From Cyanidioschyzon merolae (lineage: Eukaryota), in assembly GCA_000091205.1 (NCBI GenBank), contig AP006501.2: 64,000 nucleotides of DNA. One strand, given 5' to 3'. The position numbers and the translations under genes are program-made. The first letter of the stretch is position 1, and the number at the start of each line of letters is the position of its first letter. Positions 20,597 through 32,528 of the stretch are shown here, piece by piece. The notes under the pieces are model-generated. The model ran no database searches. It was not told the DNA's origin and saw only the letters and a program-made list of their open reading frames with translations.

Positions 20597-22873
20597 GCAC
20601 TAGCTACATGCCGAACGAACTAGATGATTTGGTGCAGAAACATAGATGCGGGGTTGACCGTCGAACAGAACAAAACGGACAGCTATTCACGTTAAGCACT
20701 GCGGGCTGCGCGCGTGCCTCCCCAGCGCAGACGCTGTGCCGGCTGAGAGAAGTCCTCCAAACAATTCCGCTTATTGACACATTGTCCCTGTTTGAAGAGA
20801 CTCCAGAACAACCAGCTGCGTAGGGAAGCTCAAGTGCTTGCCAGTATTGCATACCCTCATATCACAATCAGATTGTAATGGAGTATTGAACTGCTCGCTC
20901 TGTTCCTACATTACTCATTTTCCCTGAAATTGGTTGACATATACGGAATCGACGTTCAAAGTGCAGTAATAAGGGCGTATGGATTCATACGTGGTTTTAA
21001 AGGCTCCTGGTATTCTGCTTGGATTTGCTCCTTCGACTCTATGCCAGCACCAAAATTCGTTGGATAACCGGCATCAAGATAATTCGCGACGCATTCGAAT
21101 ACAGGTTCTTCACATGACAGATATGATTCTCCAGTTCGTAAGTGCAAGCCGCAGATCTTCCCGTTTCCTTTCGTGGAGCAAGCTCAAATCACACATGCTT
21201 TAACGATCCGATCGCTGGGTTTCAGGGTAACTCTTGGGAGCGGGAATCCGCGGCGATGGATTGCTGGCGAAAAAACTCTTCGTCGTTCCGTGATGCGTTC
21301 TTCAAAAGCCCATAATGCAAGTTCGCTCAGCTTGCCACATCGAGTCATTGATATCGTTCGAATGACAAATTCTCCTGTCTTTGTGGCCATCTGGAAAACT
21401 GGATCCCACGGCAATATGACACATGTCGTGCTACATGCTCGCAGGATCTCCCGTCTCTTGTGTTTGCATGAAAAACGGTCTAAGGCTTGGACATTCATCA
21501 CCGCAACGTTCGCCTCCAGGGGAGAAAGCTTCAACGCTCTATACAAAGTGAACGTGCACGGGCCGAAAGTTCTCGACTTGTTCTACTTCCAGTACGCTCC
21601 GTCCGAGAGATGCCTCAGTATGAGCGTCACCTCGTTCCACAAATCCTCTATCGAATGGTTAACGCTGCGCATGCGTGTGCAGCGGTCAACGTACTCACCG
21701 GGGAGCTCGCCCGGAACAAGCCCGTGATCCAAGGGTACTGCACCGGGCGCAGAAGCGGGTGAGAGCATCGAAAGGATCGCTCTGTAAGCGTCAAGCGCAT
21801 GTACCAAGCGATGAAGCAAGCATAAGTGGCGCCACAGGGCGGCGATAGGCATTGGAGCTCGAGGTATGGTGTCCATTTGAGCGCACATCACCAGAGCCAA
21901 GCGTTACTGTTGCGAAGGGCGCACTGAGGCTGTCTAAAAAAGATGAAAAGTGCAAGCGGAGCGTCGATCGCAACTTCCGCCTGTGCATGAAATGCGTCGC
22001 CAACAGCCGGAAGCAGAAAAATCGGGACTTGAACACCGATATCGACACCCTTCGACCGCTAGCAGCGGAACTAGAGAGAGATCCGATTATTTACATTCTG
22101 AGATTAACGAGGGGAAAAAGAAGCACTCGCAGAAAAAGCCTGCAAAGGCTACTTTTCATCACATCGGGAAGCAGCCCAGCTTGTAGCGCGTATGCCCGAA
22201 TGAACCAGGTCTACCCGTACCATCAAAGTCTGACATGGACGAGATCATAGAACACAAAGCCGCTCTTCAGCAAAACACCATGTAACAATTGTAGAGCACT
22301 CCATTGCTCCAGCTTTACAGAGAAAAGCGTCCTCAATATACTCGATAGCGAAAGCACACAGGGCGTAGGGGCGCTTTTCTGGGGTGCGCGGCGCGTGCCG
22401 AGCCGCCCGGCATCCTGGACGCGGTCGCTGCTCTCGATAGGACACCGTGCGCGCTCGGCGCTGTTTCGTTCAGGAATGAGCGTCTGCAACTTGCCCTGAA
22501 CGCAAACACGCCTTAGTGCTATCTTTCCCTGTGATTCAATCGTGTCCGACACGCCCATGCGTCGAGCGCTCGAAGTGTTCTCCAAGTATCCTGCAGTGAA
22601 GTCGGTTTCCCACCGCCCCAGTGCGTCCCGAATCTTTTACGCGACCTCAGATTTGAAGTGCATACCACTAGACTTGTGGTTATCACCCAGGCACTTGTTC
22701 TCCTGATCCGCTTCTGTGCACGGTTCCGCTGGGAGGGATTATCGCTTCATGCGCCGAGGCGTCTGCTTCGCCGCAAGCCGCTCCTGAACATGCCGCCAAT
22801 CGGTGGCTACTCCTCCAGCGTCCACCAGCCTCGTGCACAAGGACCGGCCCCCGAGCATGACCCCCATCTCTGC

Positions 22874-23545
22874 TTATGACACCTCTGACCGCTTCTTAAA
22901 CAACTTCGCCACGAAGGGCACTGCTGCAACCGTAAGCGGGAAACGCAGCGGTGAAGTGGCCTTGTGTGCAATATATGCAAGGGCCACCGTGCCCACCTGC
23001 GGTGAAAGTTGATCCAGTACCGCCGGCCGACCGAGAGGTGTTTTCGCCAACAGGTCTCCAATGCTTTCCACAAATTGCCTTACATCAACGCCAGTGCTGA
23101 CCAAGACGTAGAAAAAGGTGAATGATACTGCCGCGAACGAAATTGAAGTCCCCAAATACACCGGTCCGTAGAGTGTGAGGAGCTCCTTCGCAATTTCCTT
23201 GCTCGTTCGTTTTTCACGAACTTTCTTCTGCTGTTTCACTTTTTCCTTTTCGTCAACGTTCATCCGGTAACTTTGGAACGTTGCAGGTCGCACCGCGAAC
23301 CGTGCACGCTGCCTCCAGGTTACAGGTGCCGAGCGGTACCCGTTCACGCTCCGCCTTGTGCCTTCAAGCGCTTGGGCAGTCGCCTGGCTACGTGAGACGG
23401 GCACTGGTGCCACCAAAAATCCACATAACATACGCTCTCCCTGCATTATGTTTTGATACGAAGCACAGACTGTCATGAACGCACACGCACACAATACCCG
23501 CAACTTCGTTGAACGCTCTTCGTTCACGATGGAATCACGACTCAT
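22874..23545 (-). CDS. DUF1279 / FAM210-like mitochondrial membrane protein
   Basis: The C-terminal half (KELLTLYGPVYLGTSISFAAVSFTFFYVLVSTGVDV...) resembles the DUF1279 domain. The start codon is uncertain, with ATGs at 23545, 23446 and 23263. Confidence 0.45.
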   Translation of the reverse strand: MSRDSIVNEERSTKLRVLCACAFMTVCASYQNIMQGERMLCGFLVAPVPVSRSQATAQALEGTRRSVNGYRSAPVTWRQRARFAVRPATFQSYRMNVDEKEKVKQQKKVREKRTSKEIAKELLTLYGPVYLGTSISFAAVSFTFFYVLVSTGVDVRQFVESIGDLLAKTPLGRPAVLDQLSPQVGTVALAYIAHKATSPLRFPLTVAAVPFVAKLFKKRSEVS

Positions 23546-23886
23546 CGCAGAGCATCATTCGTCGTGATGATGCGCTGGGGAGCGCGCGCCGCTGCACTGG
23601 CGCCGTGCCGGGACCCATGGCGTCGACGGCGACGATGCGCAGCGTCGATACGCGCGACGTCACCTGCTCCCAACTGGCCAGAGCGCATTCGGTTAGGCGT
23701 ACGACCTGGACGCGTCGAGAAGAGGCGCAGGCCTTTAGTGTATACCGTTTTGGAGTCTTGCTCTTGAGCTGCGATTGGAGCGTCGGTTAGTGGATTCGAG
23801 GACGAGACCCTTGGACGTGGTTCTTTGAGCAGGGCATTGACGATAAGTGGGCGTCGGCGGCGCGTGTTCTGCATAGAGGCCTCAAC

Positions 23887-24792
23887 ATGAAACGAGTGCT
23901 CGTTATGTCGACTCGCGGCATCGGGAACAGAGGCAGACACTTGATGCTTGATCTCCGTACAATAATGCCTCACTCAAAGAAAGAACAGAAACTGGACACG
24001 AAAGATCGGCTGGATACAGCGAACGAGGTCGCTGAACTACACTCGTGCGAGGGCTGCCTCCTCTTCGAGGCACGGAAGCGAAAAGACCTCTATCTTTGGG
24101 CGGCGAGGACCCCACGGGGCCCCACAGTACGCTTCGAAGTGCAGAATGTGCATACCATGGGCGAGTTGAGCCTCGTAGGGAATGCGTTGCGGGGGTCGCG
24201 TCCGATCCTCGTTTTTGATCAAAGCTTTAACGAGAACGCTGCAATCCATGTGCAGCTCATCAAAGCGTTGTTATCGCAGATATTCAGCGTTCCGTGCGGT
24301 CACAAGAAATCACAACCATTCGTCGATCGAGTTTTAGCGTTTATGCATACGCCAGACGGGCGCCTTTGGGTGCGTCATTATCAGATCCAGCTGGAGGCGC
24401 TACGTCAGCAGAGCAAACGAATGCCCGCAGTACGCGCGCTTTCACAGCTTGTCTCGGGGGAACAGGCATTCGATACAAACACCACACATTTATCTGCAGA
24501 GGATATGCAGGCGTTGGCGGAAACCTTGGTCGAAATCGGGCCGCGGTTCGTGCTGCTGCCGATCCGAATATTCGCGGGTAGTTTCGGCGGAAGAACACTG
24601 TGGGAGAATCCGGACTACATTTCTCCTAATATGCTGCGGCGAGCGGCAAGGATACGTGGTACCGTTGCTGTGCGAGCCAAGCGCCATACCAAACGGGCAC
24701 GTCGGGAAGCCCAACTCGAGAAGGCGCTCGCAAACCTGCCTGTTGACGAACTCGCAGATGTTTTCGAGAGCGGTGAAATCGAGCCCTCTTGA
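23887..24792 (+). CDS. BRX1: Ribosome biogenesis protein BRX1 (Brix domain)
   Basis: KRVLVMSTRGIGNRGRHLMLDLRTIMPHSKKEQKLDTKDRL...ELHSCEGCLLFEARKRKDLYLWAARTPRGPTVRFEVQNVHTMGEL...GSRPILVFD is near-colinear with BRX1. Confidence 0.85.
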   Translation: MKRVLVMSTRGIGNRGRHLMLDLRTIMPHSKKEQKLDTKDRLDTANEVAELHSCEGCLLFEARKRKDLYLWAARTPRGPTVRFEVQNVHTMGELSLVGNALRGSRPILVFDQSFNENAAIHVQLIKALLSQIFSVPCGHKKSQPFVDRVLAFMHTPDGRLWVRHYQIQLEALRQQSKRMPAVRALSQLVSGEQAFDTNTTHLSAEDMQALAETLVEIGPRFVLLPIRIFAGSFGGRTLWENPDYISPNMLRRAARIRGTVAVRAKRHTKRARREAQLEKALANLPVDELADVFESGEIEPS

Positions 24793-25659
24793 TGGATATG
24801 AGTATAATGGCCAACTCGAGTGGCGAGCTGTGCATCCATGTGGCGGTGAACGAGTCCCGAAACGGTCGCTTGCTGAATACAGTCTACCTGTGGTCGACTT
24901 GTGCGCTGTTTCGGGCGCTTCGCAGAGTAGTCTCTGCTTATGCGTGCTCTGTCGGTCCGCCAATGCGGCTCGCGTCGAAGAGGGTATACAGCTGCTGAAA
25001 ATGTTCACCACGGTCGGTGTTCAGAAGTCTCTGCTTGTGCGTGCTCTGTCGGTCCGCCAATGCGGCTCGCGTCGAAGAGGGTGTACAGCTATTGGAAATG
25101 CTCGCCTCGGTCGGTGTTCAAAGCATCTGCGAGGAGGCCCTGCTGCCGTCCCAAGCGCAACAAATGCCCCAGTTCCGATCGTAGGAGCCATCCCGTCGCA
25201 GGTGCGCTGGTTTCACGCTCATTGACTGTTTTGACGGCGACGCGCTGGCGTGCAGCACTTGGTGACCCATGGGACGCTTCCAGACATCCGCGGTTCCGTT
25301 CAGCGCTTGCCTTTACGCCGTCCTGGTTCAACGGGAACGTCAGTCATCTCGAAACGGCAGCGTGTACCTACTCTGGTTTTAGGCTTCACGAGCGTGGATG
25401 AGCGGCTCACTAGTCGCTGCCTTGTCCCTAATGCGTCAGCATTCCACTTCCACGTGTCGAGCGTAGCACGTTAGGGTCTCCCTATCGCTAACTCGAAGCT
25501 GGTCCCCGGAAGCAGCTCTCTCCAACAGAGCCGCATCCCAGCTGAGGAATCAGCGCAACAGTTACAGCGACCAGGCGTTCACAACTCACTGTGCTCTGGG
25601 GGACTGCAGAACACGCAAGTCCATGGAATACTCTGGTTAATGGCGTGCAATCAAGATCA

Positions 25660-26559
25660 TCAACTAGCTGTGGCCGATAATCGTTTGTTCTGAACCTGGC
25701 GGCGACGCTGGTCAAAGTCCGTGAACCCCACCATTTCTGAGAGCGCTGCGGTTGGCGCTTCAGCCAGGTGCCCTCGATTACCCTCCAGTTCCAATCGTTG
25801 TAAAGCACCGAGTTCGATAAAGAGATCGACGGGCAGCGATTCTAAACGATTATGGTCCAAACACAGCTGCCGCAAGTTTTGCAAACCCCGCAACGACTCG
25901 ATATTTAAGGTTTGCAATTCATTTCGGGATAGGATCAACACTTCAAGCGCTGGAAAGGATTTGCTCAGCCATTTCGGGAGAGAGCTGATGTGATTTCCCG
26001 CGAGGTTGAGATACCGCAAGCAGGGAAAAACGATGTTCCTGCATGCATCAGGGACGCACGGCAGACGATTATCGCTTAACGATAGCCACTGCAGTGGCGA
26101 CGTCGGCTTGACACCGGACACCGGGTCTGGCTCGTGCTGCGCTTGTACACTCAAGTTGGCGCGGTGTTCGGTTGTGTGCAGGTCACCAATAGCATTTCGC
26201 GCCAGGTTAAGCGACCAAAGACGCGGCAGGGCGTATAGCAGTGCAGCTGGTACCGTGACTAGCTCGTTTTCGGACAGATCCAGTCGCTCCAGGCTCCGCA
26301 AGTGTTCCAGAAGCGAAGATGGAAACGTTTTCACCCCGCCATAGCGAGCGTAGAGCACTCGAACCCGCTCGCCGTGCTTCAACAGCTGAGGCACAGCGCG
26401 GTCCCAGTGGATGCTTTGAACCGATGCCACACCAGTTTGCAACCAGCGCTGTGCGCTTTCATCTTCGTTTCTGGAGTGCAGCGGATGTGAAGCTTCCCTA
26501 CTGCGTGCTCCAAAGCAGTCTGCGAGTACGTTCCCCATGAGCGGTAGCTGCAGCAGCAC
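25660..26559 (-). CDS. Leucine-rich repeat protein
   Basis: Repeated LxxLxLxxNxL units (LSENELVTVP, LNLARNAIGDL, LSLSDNRLPCVP, LNLAGNHISSLP, LILSRNELQTL, LCLDHNRLESLP, LELEGN). Confidence 0.5.
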   Translation of the reverse strand: MLLQLPLMGNVLADCFGARSREASHPLHSRNEDESAQRWLQTGVASVQSIHWDRAVPQLLKHGERVRVLYARYGGVKTFPSSLLEHLRSLERLDLSENELVTVPAALLYALPRLWSLNLARNAIGDLHTTEHRANLSVQAQHEPDPVSGVKPTSPLQWLSLSDNRLPCVPDACRNIVFPCLRYLNLAGNHISSLPKWLSKSFPALEVLILSRNELQTLNIESLRGLQNLRQLCLDHNRLESLPVDLFIELGALQRLELEGNRGHLAEAPTAALSEMVGFTDFDQRRRQVQNKRLSATAS

Positions 26560-26669
26560 TTGAAGCCATGAGCCCTTTTCGACCTTTCGTTGGTCTGTTC
26601 GGTAGTGGCAGCCGCCAAACTACGCTCTGATGTCGGGCGTCGCCACCAGCGGTGTAGAATAGTGGCGAG

Positions 26670-26880
26670 AAAGTCGACCCAGAAAAATCGTTTCTAGCTG
26701 TCGTGCAGACGCCTCCCCGTCCTTCTCGACCGGCCACGTACTACTGGTTCCATTTTTTTTCATATAGTTCCGCTTTGAGAGGTTGTCCAAGAAAAAGCTC
26801 TCGTGTCCACTCTGAAGGTCTTCTTTCCATCACCGCACATGTCCTTATATTGATAGCGGCATTAAAATCTCGGTTCACAA
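26670..26880 (-). ncRNA. Predicted omega RNA (guide RNA) locus of the Fanzor element. This is a positional inference only
   Basis: In TnpB and Fanzor systems the guide RNA overlaps the 3' end of the nuclease ORF and runs through the element end, with the guide from flanking DNA. Here the ORF stop at 26741 is 53 bp inside the element end at 26688. The 3' region is among the better-conserved parts between copies A and B. Confidence 0.2.
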
Positions 26881-29645
26881 ACTCCATACGTTTCTTGCCA
26901 TTGACTGTACTTAATAATGCGAGTAGTCCTCGAACATTCGCCCACCTTTCCATATGCTCCTCCGTCAGCGGTCCGTACTTTGCTATTTCGTCAGGGCTCC
27001 TCTGGCACTTTTCCATCTCGATCCTTTGAAGTGTACAACACAGTACATGGTGTGTATACGATGTTCGGAACTCATCTACAGGTACTATGACAAAACGTCG
27101 TGCGTACTCCTTATACGTTCTCGTCGTTGGAGCTGGTGTACACCCTTTTTGGGTCTTCGAGCGCGCTGCTCCGTACGCCACTACGAGCCTCTGACATTGA
27201 TCCTCTTTGAGGGCACTCAACCCATTGAAAAAATTCGCGAACGCCCGTTGCCTCCCACAATATAGATTCATACACAGACGAGCCCACCGAGGCTTTGTAT
27301 ATTCATTCCGCAGCGCATCCCAATGAGCAACACGAACATTCATGAATTTCAGAAAAGCTGTAAAGTCCGCTCCGCGGCTCGTCACCTCGCTCAAAGCTTC
27401 TACGTGATCCTTCATTCCTGCATTCCATGTCTCAATTTTCTTCGTTGCATTCATGATTCCCGATTCTCGATAGAATCTTGCTCTCGAGAACCTCAAAAGT
27501 CGCATGTCTTTCTGAAGCAAGTTACCGTCCTTACCATCTTCGGCACGCTTGGGTACAGCGATGGTTATGATATTTGTGTTTCCGGGGTCCGCGCCAACGA
27601 CAAAGTCTATCTCATGCACTTTCAGTGCCGCAGGATCCGCGTCTCTGTTTTCCTCATGCTTCGTCATGGGCGAAGCCGAAGGCACGATAGGAAGAAACGC
27701 CTCCAAGCGCTTGCAGTCTACACACAGGGCTACTCCATCGGTTTCGATCATCCCCGTGAATACCTTTTGCCTGCTAACTTTTGAGACGTCTGAAATCGAA
27801 GAGACTCTTCCAGTACGTGTCAGGGGCTTCGCCGGTGAACTCTGTCCGCCTTCCATCGAACTCCGGACAGATCCCCTTCATGATGCCATGAAGGACGCCG
27901 GAGTCGATAGTCACATAATGTGACTTGATGTTGCACAACGGAACGACGTTGAAGCGCTTCACCGCTAGGAAAGCCTTCTGTCTTTCCCACTCTTCACTCT
28001 TGTCCTCACTCGGCTTCATCTCCGCCTTGCGTTCGAGTTCACGGTCCAGAAACACGAAATAGCGCAGGATGAGGCGATAATGTCTTTCCTTATCTTTTTT
28101 CAACTCTGATACCTTTGCTGCTTGATTCGCCAGCCCCAGTACCGCACGGTGCTCTTGTATAGGCGCACGGATTACAGAAGCTTCATTCGTGCTCCTGTGT
28201 GACTTCTTCTCATCAACGAATTCGACCTCATCTTCATGCTTGCGATCGTTCGTGATGCCATCGATAATCGCCCATATTCCTTTGCGAGAGATGCCCGGAT
28301 AGAGTGCAAACACCGCGCGTATGATGAAACGTTGGAGCTTCATGGTCATATGGTTCCTCAAGTTCGTGACGTACGTTTTCATCGCCCCGTAGGTGTAAAC
28401 ACTCGAGTCACCCCTGTATCGAGCACCGCCGAAGCGGGATTCGGTGTGATTTTCGTGGAGGGCGTGCACTAGCTCATCTTGCTTCCGCGTTTCCGCTGTA
28501 CCAAGCATCAGATGGCGAATAAAAGTCTTGTCGAATAATTCTTTCCGAACTTCGACTGTTTAGATGTCCGTCACGTCGCGATACATCCTCTTCACCAAAT
28601 GCATGAGTCCTGAAGAGGCCTTTACAATACTCAAGGAGTACGACTCGTCATGGGTTCTGATAGCCTCCCGCACTTTTTCCCTGTACGGATCCTTGATATG
28701 TCCAAGAATACAGACTTTCACTTCTGTCTCGTCGTACTGTCGTCTTTCTTGCAGCCATTGGCGTCGGGCTTCCATCTTTTGCTTCTTGGCCCTCTCCAGT
28801 TCCTGTGGACTCGGCACTGTTTTTCGGTTTTTTTTTTCTGGAAACCGGCGACACACTGGGCCTCCGGCATCCTCCACTTCCACTTACGTACATTTCCTTT
28901 TTATTTTTTGAAAAAGGAACCCCCTTTGACTGCTTCTTCTATGAACCGCGAACAATGACTTGAATACACTCTCTTGAGAGTTGAAACACAACGGAATCGA
29001 AAAAATATACTTTGCTACGGCTTCAGAGCGAATACTACTCGTACATTAGAGCAGAATGCTAACGATCAGGATCGCGTTTCACTTCAACGGCGAGAAGCAC
29101 GTCATGTATCATGCCCGCCAGATATGGAGGTACGCGCATCGACCATGCTACACAAAAAAGGAAGAGGAACTAGCAGTTCAATTGCAACGAGATAACGATT
29201 TCTTCTCCCTCTATGATACATATTAAAAGGGAGGCAAGATTTCCATGTAGTCGAAACTTTACTTTCCGGGCGGAAGGCCCTGCGAGCCGGACGAGTCTGC
29301 TAGACCAGTCCTTCATGATCTTCCCAGTGCTCAGTGCTGTGGTGATATTCGAGCAACTCGACCGAAACGCAGTTTATTCTCGGGCCGGGGACGGGTATGC
29401 TGCGTCTGGGCATCGCGCTGGTCGCAGTGGACTCCTACAAAGTCGTTTCGCGCCACACTACACTGTACCTCTGTCTGCGCAGAGTGCATGCTCCCAGGAT
29501 GATATGGAATCCCGACCACGTTTCAGGTGAAGCTTTCCTCGATCCGAATCCCTCAGTGGTATGGCAAAGCCGCTCTGCCTCTATGATGCATCGGCATCAG
29601 CCGTATAAGCGCTTTTGCTGGAGGTCAAAGCGGGCACTCGGCGCC
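26688..29645 (-). mobile_element. Fanzor1-bearing mobile element, copy B, near intact
   Basis: ~2.96 kb repeat of copy A, inserted between the LRR gene and fabG. The Fanzor gene ends at 26741, 53 bp from the element terminus. There is ~750 bp of non-coding sequence 5' of the gene. No transposase ORF, TIRs or TSD were identified. Confidence 0.75.
26741..28883 (-). CDS. Fanzor1-like RNA-guided endonuclease candidate (eukaryotic TnpB homologue, RuvC-like)
   Basis: Three same-strand ORFs: 28883..28560 (basic, NLS-like, KKNRK...[12 protein letters not shown]), 28508..27774, and 27856..26741. Motifs present are [15 protein letters not shown] (RuvC-I Asp), [22 protein letters not shown]...C (TnpB motif flanking a degenerate zinc finger) and [19 protein letters not shown] (RuvC-III Asp). 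No canonical RuvC-II Glu lies upstream of the zinc finger, as in Fanzor1. The frame is broken by a 1-bp insertion near 27778 relative to copy A, and by an in-frame TAA at 28560. Confidence 0.75.
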
Positions 29646-29710
29646 CGATAGAATATACAAAAAGACTAGTACGTCCGAAAGGAGGTACCTTTCATGGAAC
29701 AAAAACGTAG

Positions 29711-30859
<1,149 letters not shown>

Positions 30860-32528
30860 ATGCCAAACGGCTGCGGATTCGATGGCACGCAAGGGTACGC
30901 AATTCGCTGGGGACAGGCGGGCGTTCCCAGGGTATCGGCAAACGATCACGTGCCCCAGTGTACGTACTTGTCGGTGCGACGCGAAAAAGAACCACCGTAT
31001 CCGGGCAGGCTTATTCTGTAGGATTTGATTCTCTACATTAGGCTCTAAACGCACGATGCTAATCTCAAGCATGGCGCTCGCAACGGATGCTGCATCCGCG
31101 GGACACATGGGAGTAACGGCATCCGAGTGCGAAGCTCGAAGGCACGCAGCACCAATGCGCTACAGTGCACACATCGTGAACGCTCGAGGCCCCAGCGATC
31201 TGCTGCGGAGTACGGGATGCGCGTGACTGCCGATCCCGCCATACATGCACGCACGCACGCGTGCACGCATGCACGCATGCATTCAGATTTGCGTGCTTTC
31301 CATGAGCATTCTGCGGACACGTGTGCACCGATCCCGATGCTCGAATGAAGCGGTTTGCTCTACATCTAGGTACCAGATAAGGGTATGCGCACCAGCAAGA
31401 GTCGCTGGTTCCATCCCGATCGACCTGTGTGAGCGCCGAATGCACGACGATTGTTCAGGCGCACTTTTTTCTCGTAAAAGATCGTTGCATCCATTCGGCG
31501 TCCCCGGGATGCGCGAGTGCTATCGGTTATCGGGGTTTTCATTTCAGCGTTTCCACAGAAGTGCGTATGTTCCGCTGATCCCAGTTGAGCATTATCTTCT
31601 AAAACAGAGCCTTGATGGACGGAACGACGTGTCAACCGCCAAAGAGAACACAGAATGTGCTCAAAAAGAACGCGGCGCCGCTGTGGTCGCGCAGCGTGCC
31701 GAACGTCGTCTCGATGCTCGGCCGAAGAAGTCGGGAACGCGCGCTCCTGCATCGGAACTACTGCCCTGGGCTACCGAGCTCGAGCTGAGGCATCGAAAAA
31801 CGCCCCCGATGCCCTGCACGTGACCGAAGCACCGCACTCTACTGTCCGGATCAGGACCGGGTAGAAGAGAATCTCGGTGTTGGCGGTTAGAGGCACGTTC
31901 CAGCTTTTCCAAAGCACATCGAGTACCGTGATCAACGCTCGTACCAGCGATTGATCTTGCGCACACCAAGCCGGACACTTTTGCGCTAAAGATAAGCCAA
32001 CAGCAAGATCTGAATTCGCTCATGACATGTACATTTTTTACGCAAAACACCACGAAGAAATCGAATCACGAGGCACAGCAATCGAAAATGAAGCAGGCAA
32101 TGACGTTAACCTGATTCAAGTGCATCCGCTGCGCTACATATGTACCAACATCCATACACTGGGCGTACCAACTCGGTGACCAGGCATACGCGACTACGCA
32201 GCACTCTGTGCGTCTTATTCCTTCGTTCAGCTACGCGCGCTCATCTGATCGAAAATGATAGGCAGTGTTTGAGGCATTTCGCATGATGCACAGCGTCGGC
32301 TTGATGCAGCCGTGGACAGCGCCACCTTTTGAACTTGGCTGTCCGATCCTCGTCGATACTTACTCAGTATCGTCTGCAAAAGACCGCATATGAACGACGT
32401 GATCGCAGCGGCTCAAGTAAGACACAAGGGAAACCAGGCCCAGCGCATGGCCCGCGATATGCAGCGATGCTCGTATACGACCGGGTCGAGCACATGCGCC
32501 CTGCTCCAAAGTCACATCCCAGCGATTG

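Noticed and set aside
20950-28565. Stop-codon reassignment as an explanation for the single in-frame stops in the Fanzor gene and the 21-kb-region frame.
   Set aside because: Housekeeping genes in the window terminate cleanly with TAA (LTN1), TAG (the kinase) and TGA (fabG). The code is therefore standard, and pseudogenisation, a small intron or a sequencing error are more likely.
26688-29645. Terminal inverted repeats or target-site duplications, which would classify the Fanzor element into a DNA-transposon superfamily.
   Set aside because: By-eye comparison of the two copy boundaries showed no convincing TIR or TSD. Boundaries are approximate to within ~5 bp, so classification is left open.
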